Of a DNA stretch of 32,805 nucleotides, positions 18,548-27,590 are shown piece by piece. The translations under genes were made by a program, and so were the position numbers. The DNA is from an uncultured Methanomassiliicoccales archaeon (GTDB lineage Archaea > Thermoplasmatota > Thermoplasmata > Methanomassiliicoccales > Methanomethylophilaceae): assembly GCA_964479785.1 (NCBI GenBank), contig CAYZSQ010000002.1, forward strand, positions 1-32,805, in the 5' to 3' direction. Every line of letters starts with the position of its first letter. Position 1 is the stretch's first letter. The notes under the pieces were generated by a model. It did not search any database. It had not been told where the DNA came from and saw only the letters and a program-made list of their open reading frames with translations.

Positions 18548-19699
18548 ATGGGCGCGCATCCGGTCGGGATGGGGAGGGCCGGCCTGTCGGCCGTCATGGT
18601 GCTGTACTTCTTCAGCCTGGGGTTCAGCATAGTGACCCCGGGGATGGCGAAGTTCGCGGAGGCCTTCCCTGACCACGAGTACGCGCTCATAAACTCCCTT
18701 CCGACCCTCTTCATCTCGCTGGCGGGGCTGGTGTTCGGCTCCGTCGCGGGGAGGAGGGTCGGCTACAGGACCCTGGCGATCCTGGGGTCCGCCGTGTGCC
18801 TCGTCGCCGGGCTGGCGCCGGCGTTCATCGACGACTTCTACCTCATACTCGTGTGCCGCGCGTTCACGGGCCTGGGACTCGGGTTCCTGATCCCGATGGC
18901 CAACGCACTGGTGAACGGCTGCTTCGAGGGCGACAGGAGGGCGAGGCTGCTGTCCGTCGGCAGCCTCATGCTGAACGTCGGCGGGATCGTCCTCCAGTCG
19001 GTGGGCGGGTTCCTGGCGGACATCGGATGGCAGACCACGTTCTACGGCTACCTGCTGTTCATCGTCGCGCTGGCGTTCTCGTTCCTGATCCCGGACGTCC
19101 CGGGGCCGGAGGGCGGCTCGGGCATCAGGGGCCTGGACAGGCGGATGGCGGTGGTCGTCATCCTGTTCATGGTCTACGGCATGCTCCAGTTCTCGGTGAT
19201 GCAGAACACGTCCGAGCTCTTCGAGTCCCGCGGCGCGGGCGGCTCGTCCGCCGCCGGGCTGGCGCTCTCCGTGTTCACCCTCGCCGGCTGCGTCGGCGGG
19301 ATCGCGTACTCCCGCGTGAAGTCGAGGAGCACCCGCGCGGTGTTCCCGCTGATCTGGGCGTTCACCGCCGTCGGGGCCGCCATGCAGGCGGTCCTCACGG
19401 ACACCGTCGGCATGACCGCCGGGCTGGCGGTGTTCGGGCTGGGGTTCGGGATGATCATCCCGGCCTTCGTGGAATGGGCCGGCGCCATCAGCAGGCCGTC
19501 CGTCATGGCGTTCGCCACCGCCCTGGTGACCTCGGGGATGTACTTCGGGGACTTCCTCTCGATGGGATGGAGGGTCGTGGGGGACGTCTTATCGGGTGAG
19601 CACATACTGTTCAACCTATGGGCCACCGCGGCCGTGGGGATCGTGCTGGTCCTGGCGTTCGCGGCCTACGACCCGCTCAGGAGGAGGACGGATGGTCGA
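18548..19699 (+). CDS. MFS transporter
   Basis: About 12 hydrophobic segments, GSVAGRRVGYR (motif A-like), CRAFTGLGLG. Ends at CGA 19697-19699 (383 aa); the standard code gives an implausible 706-aa ORF to 20668. Confidence 0.87.
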
Positions 19700-20252
19700 T
19701 GTCGTCGAGGATGCGGTGCGCTCGGTGGAGGACCCGAACGTGACGTTCGTGGGAGTCTTCGATCTGACCGAGTCGCCCATGAGCATAACGGACGAGGTCC
19801 GCCACAGTTGCGAGATGAACTACTGCGGGAGGTACGGACGCAGCTGGTCCTGCCCGCCGCACGTGCCGCCGTGCCAGACGTGCCGGATCATACTGTCCGG
19901 GTACCCGCGCATGATACTGGTCAGGACCACGTTCGAGAGGGACGGGCCGTTCGACCTGGAGGGGATGAGGGAGGCCGGTCTGGCCCACGCCAGGTACTCG
20001 TTCAGGGTCCGCGACAGGATCAGGGAGGAGGGTCAGAGGTTCCTGATGCTGGGGGCGGGGAGCTGCTCCTACTGCGAGAGGTGCTCCTGTCCGGACGCGC
20101 CCTGCAGGTTCCCGACGGAGCGCATGTTCTCCATCGAGGCCTACGGCATCGACCTGACGTCGTTCCTGATGGAGCACGGCATCTCCGGCAGGGGCGGCAA
20201 CGACGAGCAGTCGTTCTTCTCGATGGTGCTCTACCATCCGCCGGACGAGCGA
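19692..20252 (+). CDS. DUF2284 family Cys-rich metal-binding protein
   Basis: VRHSCEMNYCGRYGRSWSCPPHV and GAGSCSYCERCSCPDAPCRFP...SIEAYGID. GGAGGAGG RBS. First CGA at 20250-20252; standard-code stop TGA at 20346-20348. Confidence 0.85.
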
Positions 20253-20347
20253 GGTCGCTCCCCGATGCCGTCATCCCGCCGGTTCGATCCGCCCTCGATC
20301 CCCAAGAACCTTTTATCACCAGAGGCCATCCATGGGTCGGTGTTTTG

Positions 20348-20668
20348 ATGCAGAACGACCAGGAGTCGCCGGTGTGTCCCGTGGCCACGATGCTGGGTCT
20401 GATAGACAGCAAGTGGAAGGTGTTCATCCTCAGGAACCTGCTGAACGGTCCCAACCGCTTCTCCGAGCTCAAGAGGACGATCCCGGGGGTCAGCTCCAAG
20501 GCCCTGACCGAGTCCCTGCGCAGCATGGAGGCCGACGGCCTGGTGGTCAAGGAGGTGGGCGACGGCCCCAACCCTCCGGTGACCTACAGCCTCAGCGACC
20601 TGGGGGAGTCCATGCGCCCCGTGATCGACGCGATGCGCCAGTGGGGCGAGAGGTATCTGGAGTCCTGA
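20348..20668 (+). CDS. HxlR-family winged-helix transcriptional regulator
   Basis: CPVATMLGLIDSKWKVFILRNL...RFSELKRTIPGVSSKALTESLRSMEADGLV...YSLSDLG. TTTTATCA box at about 20311-20318. Confidence 0.92.
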   Translation: MQNDQESPVCPVATMLGLIDSKWKVFILRNLLNGPNRFSELKRTIPGVSSKALTESLRSMEADGLVVKEVGDGPNPPVTYSLSDLGESMRPVIDAMRQWGERYLES

Positions 20669-20676
20669 GACCGTCA

Positions 20677-23088
20677 TCGGAAGAAGTCGTCCAGGCTCCT
20701 GACCTTCGCCTTGGGCTTGGGCGGGACGCCGTCCCCGGAGGGGCGGTCCCTTCCCGCGTCCTCCCTCTCCTTGAACGCGCCGCTGAACAGGGTGGCCTGC
20801 TGGCTGCCCATCATCAGGTCCTTCTCCGACCATCCCAGCACCTCGGTTATCCTGGAGGCGGTCTGGGCCAGCCGCTCGGCGTAGTACCTGTAGTCGGGCT
20901 TCGCCGTGAACGGGGCGCCGCTGACGTAGGGCTCCACCCTCTGCGGCGTCGAGCCCCCGTCGGTGACGATCCAGGACACCTTCATGCCGGGGATGAAGTC
21001 GTAGCCCAGTTCGATGAGCTTCTTCGCCGCCTGCACGTTGGCCATCCTCTCGGGGTTCTCGTAGGCGTCCAGCCCCTTGCAGGTGCGGGATATGACGAGC
21101 TCGGAGGGGTCCACGTTCCCGGACAGCACCCTCTGTACGGTGGACCTCACCAGTGCCAGGGCCTCGTCGTTGCTCTCGTCCAGGATCCTGTCGAACAGCT
21201 CGGTGAGCAGGTTGCTCTGGAGGTCGAAGGAGTCGGAGCGGCGGATCTCGTATCCCCTGACGAGCAGCTCGTCGGTGGCCTCCGGCCAGACGACCCTCCC
21301 CACATACCTCTTCTTCATGCCGTGGGTGAACATGGGCTCGAGTATCTTCTCGAACTCCAGCGTCCCGCCCTCGCGGGAGTACTTGTCGGCCATGCGGGTG
21401 CCGAACTCCACCGAGCCCTCCAGGTCGTGCACCGGGGACTGCAGGAACACGGAGTCCGTGTCGGAGTAGATGGCGTGTATGCCCTCGGACTCCACCTCGT
21501 CTATGATCCCCTTCACGTTGGCCCTGGCGAAGGACGTGATCGCGGCGCCGATGCTCTTGTCGGTGAACCTGTAGAACGACGAGGCGAACACCCCGTAGAA
21601 CGTGTTCATCAGCACCTTCACCGCGGCCTGCAGACCGTCGAGGTACTGGTGCTCGTGGGGGTCGGAGGTCTGCTTCATCCTCCGCTTGATGCCGTCCCTC
21701 TGGTCCATCAGGTTCGACAGGATGGTGGGCAGGAGCCCGACCCGCCTGTCCTTGGACATGAATCTGGTGCCCGAGGGCGCCTCGATCTCCCCGTCCGGCG
21801 ACAGCGTGGTGAAGCAGATGTTCTTGGCGATGATCAGCGACGGGTACATGGACTTGAAGTCGAGGACGCACACCCAGTGGTAGAGCCCCGGGGCGATGTC
21901 GTGCACGTATCCCCCCTCGATCTGCTCCGACGCCCCCGCCCTGCCCATGTTGGGCACGGCGATCTTCCCGCGGTCGGCGGCGCGGATCAGCAGCGAATCC
22001 GCCAGCTGCGACGATCCCGATGTGAGCACGTCCTCCACCGTCAGCTTGGACACGGCGGCCAGGTCCATGCCCTTCCTCAGGGTCCCCACCTCCAGCAGGA
22101 TGCGGAGTGCCAGCTCGGCGTCCTTGGTGCAGTACTCAAGGACCCTGTCCCTGTTGTCCGCCCACTCGTCGTCCATGTGCTTGGGGTCCACGTCCATCTT
22201 GCTCTCGCCCAGCAGCTGCAGGGACACCGCGTTGAGGGTCTCCTGCTTGGGGCGGAGCTCCTTCCGCACCGCCCACCAGGCGTCGCAGATGAGCCTGCCC
22301 TTGACCCTCCAGAACCTCTCGCTGACCACCCTGGGCTGTCCGCCGTCGCGTCCCCAGGGCATGGCGTCCTTCATCCTGTTGGCCTTGGCCCTCTCCTGGA
22401 TCTTCCTGATGTCGTAGTTGTCGATGTTGTAGCCGGTGATCACGTCGGGGTCCACCTGGCGGATGAGGTCCCCGAACCGGGAGATTATGTCCGTCTCCTT
22501 CCCGAGTATGTGCTCGCATCTCCGGATCTCCCCGTCCTCCCAGACCACCGCGCAGATGCAGTAGATGAACTCGTGCTCGATGCTGTTCTCCATGTCGAAG
22601 GACAGGAACCTCAGCCCGGGGTCGAAGGGGTCGATGTTCTCGAAGGAGGACATCTCCACGGTCAGGTCGGTGTCTCCCCTCCCGTCCACCGCATCCCCGG
22701 TGACGCGGATGCAGGCGCCCATGTCGGTGTCGTAGAAGTAGCGGTGGTTCAGGGGTATGTCGGAGGCCAGGACGTCGTGCCCCATCCTCCTGAACCTGTT
22801 GCGGTACTCGGAGACCTTCCAGGGGCTCCTGATGGTCACCTTCAGCACCTCGGTGTCCGCCCCCCTGTAGAGGAGGGTGTCCCTCTCGGCGGAGACCACC
22901 TCCCCGTCCTCGGCCAGCTGCCTCTCCAGGGCCTCGGTGGGCCTCACCGCGTAGAGGTACGGCCTGAACCCGCGGACCAGGACGGTGACGGACTCCTTGC
23001 CCCGGGTCTTGCCGTACAGCTCCACCACGGGCTCGTCCCCCTCCATGACGTAGGAGGCGCTGATCAGTCTGACGTCCCAGGTGCCCAT
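20677..23088 (-). CDS. polB: Family B DNA polymerase
   Basis: Exonuclease motifs SFDMEN and TGYNIDNYD; polymerase motifs LDFKSMYPS, KVLMNTFYG, YSDTDS, KKRY. C-terminal PIP-like SLDDFF followed by CGA-TGA (standard end 20674). Confidence 0.96.
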
Positions 23089-23092
23089 GTGA

Positions 23093-24280
23093 TCACTTGT
23101 TGGCGACGATCCTGATGACGTCGCCGTCCTGGAGCTCGTAGTCGGCCCCCACGGTGCGCTTGGTCCTGGCGTTGACCGCCCTGATGAACTTGTCGCCCAG
23201 CTCGGTGTGGATCCTGTAGGCCAGGTCCTTGGCGGTGGATCCCCGGGGCACGAGGAACGCGTCCGGGAGGACCCTGCCGAAGTGGTCGGTGTACTTGTTC
23301 TCGTCCTCCACGGGGTACACGGCGATCAGGTCCAGCATCTTGAATGTGGCGTCCTCGATGCAGGTCTGGACGCCGGTGCCGCCGTTGGCGGCCATCTTCT
23401 CGGCCATGTACTCCAGGGCCCTCCTCTGCCCGTCGCTTACGCTGGCGCCCTCCCTGATCCTGAACGAGGGGTCCCCGGGGGTGTAGTCCACCAGGCCCCC
23501 GGCCGCGGCCTTCTTCAGCGCGAGCTCGGTCTCGGCCATGGTGGCGACGCACATGTCGTTGATCCCCCTGACCCTGTCGATGTTGCCGGCGGGGGCGATG
23601 TCCGCCTTGTTCATGGCCGCGATCATGGGCTTGGAATGCTTCCTGATCTCGCCGCACAGCCTCAGCAGGAGGTCGTCGTCCCATTTGGTGGGGTCGTCGG
23701 GCAGGGGCACCTCCCTGAGGGCCTCCTTGATCTGGGCCTCGGTGACCTTCAGCCCCTGGAGCCTCTCGGCCAGGATGGCCTCGGGCTTGCTGCCCTGCAT
23801 CTTCGCCTGCCTGGCTATCTTGGAGAAGCCGTTCTTGATGATCTCCCTCATCCAGCACTCGATCTCCCTTCTGAGGAACAGGATGTCCTCGGCGGGGTCG
23901 TGGGTCCCCGGGTCCACGGGGTTGCCCTCGATGTCGGTGGAGCCGCTGACGTCCACCACGTTGATCAGGGCGTCCGCCTGCCTGAGGTCGTCCAGGAACT
24001 TGTTGCCCAGGCCCTTCCCCTCCCAGGCGTCCGGCACCAGGCCGGCCACGTCCAGGAGCTCCACCGGCACCATCCTGGTGCCGTCTATGCAGAGCGAGTT
24101 GTGGGGCGTGCACGTGACGCCCAGCTCCCTGCAGGGGCAGGGCGTGCGCACGTATGCCACCCCCTTGTTGGGCTCGATCGTCGTGAACGGATAGTTGGCG
24201 ATCTCCACTGGCGCCATGGTGGCGGCGCCGAAGAAGGTGGACTTGCCGACGTTCGGCTTCCCTACTATGCCAATCTGCAT
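23093..24280 (-). CDS. ychF: Obg-family YchF-like ATPase/GTPase with TGS domain
   Basis: GKPNVGKST, ANYPFTTIEPN, DVAGLV, GLGNKFLDDLR, NKAD, and C-terminal TGS (AYRIHTELG). Confidence 0.93.
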   Translation of the reverse strand: MQIGIVGKPNVGKSTFFGAATMAPVEIANYPFTTIEPNKGVAYVRTPCPCRELGVTCTPHNSLCIDGTRMVPVELLDVAGLVPDAWEGKGLGNKFLDDLRQADALINVVDVSGSTDIEGNPVDPGTHDPAEDILFLRREIECWMREIIKNGFSKIARQAKMQGSKPEAILAERLQGLKVTEAQIKEALREVPLPDDPTKWDDDLLLRLCGEIRKHSKPMIAAMNKADIAPAGNIDRVRGINDMCVATMAETELALKKAAAGGLVDYTPGDPSFRIREGASVSDGQRRALEYMAEKMAANGGTGVQTCIEDATFKMLDLIAVYPVEDENKYTDHFGRVLPDAFLVPRGSTAKDLAYRIHTELGDKFIRAVNARTKRTVGADYELQDGDVIRIVANK

Positions 24281-24364
24281 GTAATCGACTGTGGATATGC
24301 GGTCCTGGCATTAAGGGTATCCCACGGTCCCGCCGGGTCCGAGGAGCGCATCCGCACGTTGTGG

Positions 24365-24796
24365 TCACAGGTTCTCGGAGACCTTCCTGAGGAGGGCCAT
24401 CAGCTGGGACCTCTCCTCCGGGGTGAGGCTGCTAAGCGAGTGCGACGCGGTGTCCGCACCCACCTTCCTGATCTCCGCGCACAGCCTCATGCCGTCCTCG
24501 CTGAGGTTTATGCTCCTGGCCCTGCCGTCCGTGTCGGAGGTCACCACGTCGACCAGCCCCTTGGCCTTGAGGCGCTCCACCAGCGTCCTGGCCGCCTGGT
24601 GGGTGATCTCCAGACGGTCCCTGAGGTCGGTGATCTGGCACCCGGGGTGGGACTGCAGGTAGAGCAGGGTGGTCGACTGGTTGGAGGTCAGGCCCAGGCC
24701 CTTGAGGTCCCGGTCCCTCTCCCGGGACAGTCTGCCACCGACCTTCCTGATCTCCCTGGCCAGCTCGAAGCATTCATTGTACTGGATCGCTGGCAC
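24365..24796 (-). CDS. MarR-family transcriptional regulator
   Basis: GLTSNQSTTLLYL...LVERLKAKGLV...DGRARSINLSEDG...LTPEE. GTG start 1 nt after the upstream stop. Confidence 0.9.
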   Translation of the reverse strand: MPAIQYNECFELAREIRKVGGRLSRERDRDLKGLGLTSNQSTTLLYLQSHPGCQITDLRDRLEITHQAARTLVERLKAKGLVDVVTSDTDGRARSINLSEDGMRLCAEIRKVGADTASHSLSSLTPEERSQLMALLRKVSENL

Positions 24797-24797
24797 T

Positions 24798-25514
24798 TCA
24801 CTGTCCCTCCGTCTCAGGGGATCCTCTGTCCCTCGACCTGTTGCGGGTCCTCATGATCTCGTCGTGCCTTCCGGGGAGCAACCTGTCGGTCAGCCAGCCC
24901 AGCTTCCTGACGTACAGGCTCGCGATGTTCCCCACGAGGAGGGCGCTGATGATCGTCCCCTCGCGGACCCCTCCGAGGGTCCCGAGGCCCACGTATCCGA
25001 TGATGGCGGCGATCACGATCATGGTCACATCCTGGGTGACGCGGACGCGGTTGTAGGGCTTGCGGAGCTTCATGGTGAGCGTGTAGGCGAGACCGTCGCC
25101 GGGGATGATGACCAGGTCGGCGATGATCTGCATGTAGACCCCGAAGGCCAGTCCGCAGCATCCGAGGATGACGCAGGCGATCCTCGCCCAGTACTCGACC
25201 GGGTCCAGGCTGTCGAACACCCACATGCCGAGGTCCACGAAGTACCCGAAGAACACGGACACGACGAGCTGCATGGCCAGGTTGAATTTGTTGGCCTTGC
25301 GGCGGAGGATCGCGGCCTGGATGCCCACGAGCAGGAAGCTGTAGAGGATGGTGAAGTTGCCCAGCGTGAGGTCGGTGAAGATCAGCGACAGGCTGTACGG
25401 GATGGAGGTGATCGGCGAGGTCCCCAGGGAGGCCTTCGTGATCGCCGCGACGCCCAGGGACAGTATCAGCAGTCCGAGGAAGAACAATGCGTAACGTTTG
25501 ACAAGGGTTTTCGT
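24798..25514 (-). CDS. YczE/YyaS/YitT-family (DUF6198-like) membrane protein
   Basis: LGTSPITSIPYSLS, FGYFVDLG, PGDGL, GVREGTIISALLVG. The first canonical start is TTG 25487, but family-like sequence (KTLVKRYALFFLGL) extends to ACG 25514. Confidence 0.85.
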   Translation of the reverse strand, partial: TKTLVKRYALFFLGLLILSLGVAAITKASLGTSPITSIPYSLSLIFTDLTLGNFTILYSFLLVGIQAAILRRKANKFNLAMQLVVSVFFGYFVDLGMWVFDSLDPVEYWARIACVILGCCGLAFGVYMQIIADLVIIPGDGLAYTLTMKLRKPYNRVRVTQDVTMIVIAAIIGYVGLGTLGGVREGTIISALLVGNIASLYVRKLGWLTDRLLPGRHDEIMRTRNRSRDRGSPETEGQ

Positions 25515-25543
25515 GATTCTCGTGTTCTGCGCCTCAGGGGGCG

Positions 25544-25570
25544 TTTATACAATATGTTGTATTTCAACAT
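25544..25570 (-). promoter_or_regulatory. TATA box plus adjacent inverted repeat (candidate MarR operator)
   Basis: TATAAA at 25544-25549 (minus strand); ATGTTG-N5-CAACAT at 25554-25570. Confidence 0.6.
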
Positions 25571-25595
25571 TGGGCGGACCGGGGGACGATCCGGA

Positions 25596-26378
25596 TCAGC
25601 GGGACAGCGAGAACACGGCGTCGGCGATCTCGCCGATCTCGGCCGGACGGAGGTCCTCGATCCTCTCGTCCAGATAGGGGACGTCGTCGCCGGGGCGGAC
25701 CATGCCCGCGGCCTTGAGCGACGTCCCGATCTTCTTCCTGCGGTGATTGAAGGCCACCTCGGTGACCTTGAAGAAGGTCCTCTCGTCGAGGACGCGGAAG
25801 GGCGCCTCCCGGGGGGTGATCCTCACCAGGGCGGAGTCCACCTTGGGACGGGGGTTGAACCTGGACGCCGGGACGGTCTCCATGACCTCGCAGTCCGCGC
25901 GGTAGAACAGGTTGACGGTGAGCCTGGAGTAGTCCGGGCTCCCGACGTCCGCCACCATGCGGTCGGCGAACTCCTTCTGCACCATGACGACGGCGGTGCG
26001 GAAGTCGTGCTCCAGGAGCTTGAATATCACGGGGGTGGAGACGCTGTACGGGAGGTTGCTGACGAAGACGTCGAACTCCGGGAAGGGGACCTTCACGGCG
26101 TCGCCGCGGATCAGCGACAGCCTGTGGCCGAACGTCCCTCCGATGTAATCCGCCAGTATGTCGTCCAGCTCTATGCAGGTCAGTTCGCAGGGCAGCTCCA
26201 GGACGCGCTCGGTCAGGATGCCGAGGCCGGGCCCCACCTCGAGGACGCGGTCGCCCTCGCGGATGCCGGCGTAGGAGATGTGCCGGTCCGCCACCCTGCC
26301 GTCTGTGAGGAAGTTCTGCCCCTTGCTCTTCTTCGGGACGATGCCGGTCTCGGCGATGAGGCGGCCGGTGTCTGTCAT
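25596..26378 (-). CDS. rsmA: 16S rRNA m6,2A dimethyltransferase KsgA/Dim1
   Basis: KKSKGQNFL, VLEVGPGLGILT, IELD, SNLPYSVSTP, MVQKEFADR, FNPRPKVDS, HRRKK. Confidence 0.96.
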   Translation of the reverse strand: MTDTGRLIAETGIVPKKSKGQNFLTDGRVADRHISYAGIREGDRVLEVGPGLGILTERVLELPCELTCIELDDILADYIGGTFGHRLSLIRGDAVKVPFPEFDVFVSNLPYSVSTPVIFKLLEHDFRTAVVMVQKEFADRMVADVGSPDYSRLTVNLFYRADCEVMETVPASRFNPRPKVDSALVRITPREAPFRVLDERTFFKVTEVAFNHRRKKIGTSLKAAGMVRPGDDVPYLDERIEDLRPAEIGEIADAVFSLSR

Positions 26379-26926
26379 TTGGACACGAAGAGGTAGCGCT
26401 TCCTGTCGGGATCGGAGATCTCGAGGATGATGCGGGCCACGATGAGCTTCTCGGGTCCCTTGACCCCGGTCCTCTCGGAGAGGTCGGCGAAGTCCTTGAA
26501 GAGACCCTTCTTCCTCTCGTCCAGGATGGCGGTCATGGACTTCTTGCCCAGTCCGGGGAGCTCCTCCAGCATGTGCTTCCTCATGCTGATGCCCTCGGCC
26601 TCGTTGAAGAACCTGATGAACTTGTCCTGCTTGGACATGACGATGTCGGTGACCGCGTACTCGAGTTCCGCCTGGGCGTTGTTGGTGAGGTCGTTGTAGT
26701 TGATGCGCCTCTTGACATGGTCGATCATGTCGCGCTTCACGTCGGCGGTGTCCTTGCCTATGTAGGTCCTGACGCCGATCTCCACCCGCGCCCCCGTCCT
26801 GGGGACCAGCTCGAAGAGCTTGAACTCCTCGTCGCCGATGGCATAGCAGACGGGCTCCCTCCGGGAGTAGTTGCCGCCCGAGGCCCCCTGTGCCAGGTAG
26901 TCCAGAATGTAAGCGTAGTCTTCCAT
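26375..26926 (-). CDS. DUF655 family putative RNA/nucleotide-binding protein
   Basis: EDYAYILDYL...FKLFEL...FFNEAEGISMRKHMLEELPGLGKK...F.DL..R. Conserved position between rpoF and ksgA. Confidence 0.9.
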   Translation of the reverse strand: MEDYAYILDYLAQGASGGNYSRREPVCYAIGDEEFKLFELVPRTGARVEIGVRTYIGKDTADVKRDMIDHVKRRINYNDLTNNAQAELEYAVTDIVMSKQDKFIRFFNEAEGISMRKHMLEELPGLGKKSMTAILDERKKGLFKDFADLSERTGVKGPEKLIVARIILEISDPDRKRYLFVSK

Positions 26927-26938
26927 CGGCACCGCCTC

Positions 26939-27274
26939 TCAGTTGCGGGGAACGTGCTTGTCGACGATGTCGATGATCAGCTGGATGGTGTCGGGTTCCA
27001 GCGTGACCCTCTCCTTGGAGAAGATCGCGCGGACGTCCTCGCTGTGCCTGGGGAGGACGTCCGCGATTTTGTAGGCCACGGAGTCGCTGACGACGTCGAT
27101 CTGGCTGACCTCGTCGATGATGGCCCCGGCCTGTTCGAGGGAGATGCTGCAGACGGTCTGAGCATGCTCTAGCGCGTGCTTCTGGGACACCAGGACGAGA
27201 TCGGGATCCCGGGTCTCCGCCTCCGCCGAGAGAAGGTCCCTGACCTCCGCCAGCGTCAAGTACTGCTCAGACAT
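26939..27274 (-). CDS. rpoF: RNA polymerase subunit Rpo4 (RpoF)
   Basis: YLTLAEVRDLL...ALEHAQ...AYKIADVLPRHSEDVRAIFSKE. Synteny with rpl21e and DUF655. Confidence 0.92.
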   Translation of the reverse strand: MSEQYLTLAEVRDLLSAEAETRDPDLVLVSQKHALEHAQTVCSISLEQAGAIIDEVSQIDVVSDSVAYKIADVLPRHSEDVRAIFSKERVTLEPDTIQLIIDIVDKHVPRN

Positions 27275-27287
27275 GTCGTCCACCTCT

Positions 27288-27581
27288 TCAGTTGACGTTC
27301 CTGACGAGGTGCTCGGGGCGGGCGACGACTATCTTGGTCTTGTCGCCGTCCTTGACGCTGACCTCGTAAGCTTTGCCCCTGGGGCCGATGATGACGCCGG
27401 TCAGTCCGTGGAACCTGGAGAAGGGCATCCCCTTGTGGACGCTGGGGTCGATGATGATGTTGACCTTCTCTCCGGCCTCGAATGTCTGAAGGCCCTTCGT
27501 GATGGGGGACAGCCCGCGTGCCCTGACCTTCTTCTTCAGGACGTTGCGTGTCTTTGTCCTTGTGCCTCTGGATCTCTGCAT
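27288..27581 (-). CDS. rpl21e: 50S ribosomal protein eL21
   Basis: SRGTRTKTR...IDPSVHKGMPFSRFHGLTG...KDGDKTK...RPEHL. Confidence 0.97.
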   Translation of the reverse strand: MQRSRGTRTKTRNVLKKKVRARGLSPITKGLQTFEAGEKVNIIIDPSVHKGMPFSRFHGLTGVIIGPRGKAYEVSVKDGDKTKIVVARPEHLVRNVN

Positions 27582-27590
27582 TTTAATCCC

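Noticed and set aside
18548-20668. 706-aa MFS-HxlR fusion protein in the ORF track
   Set aside because: The middle ~215 aa is an alternative-frame reading of the DUF2284 gene. MFS, DUF2284 and HxlR each have their own start signals, so the fusion is an artefact of reading through CGA 19697.
20332-23115. Long shadow ORFs (e.g. 927 aa antisense to polB, also 11212-13452, 16697-18676, 24669-26396)
   Set aside because: Expected in high-GC DNA. They are antisense or frame-shifted to well-supported genes, have low-complexity R/G/P/H/V composition and contain no recognisable motifs.
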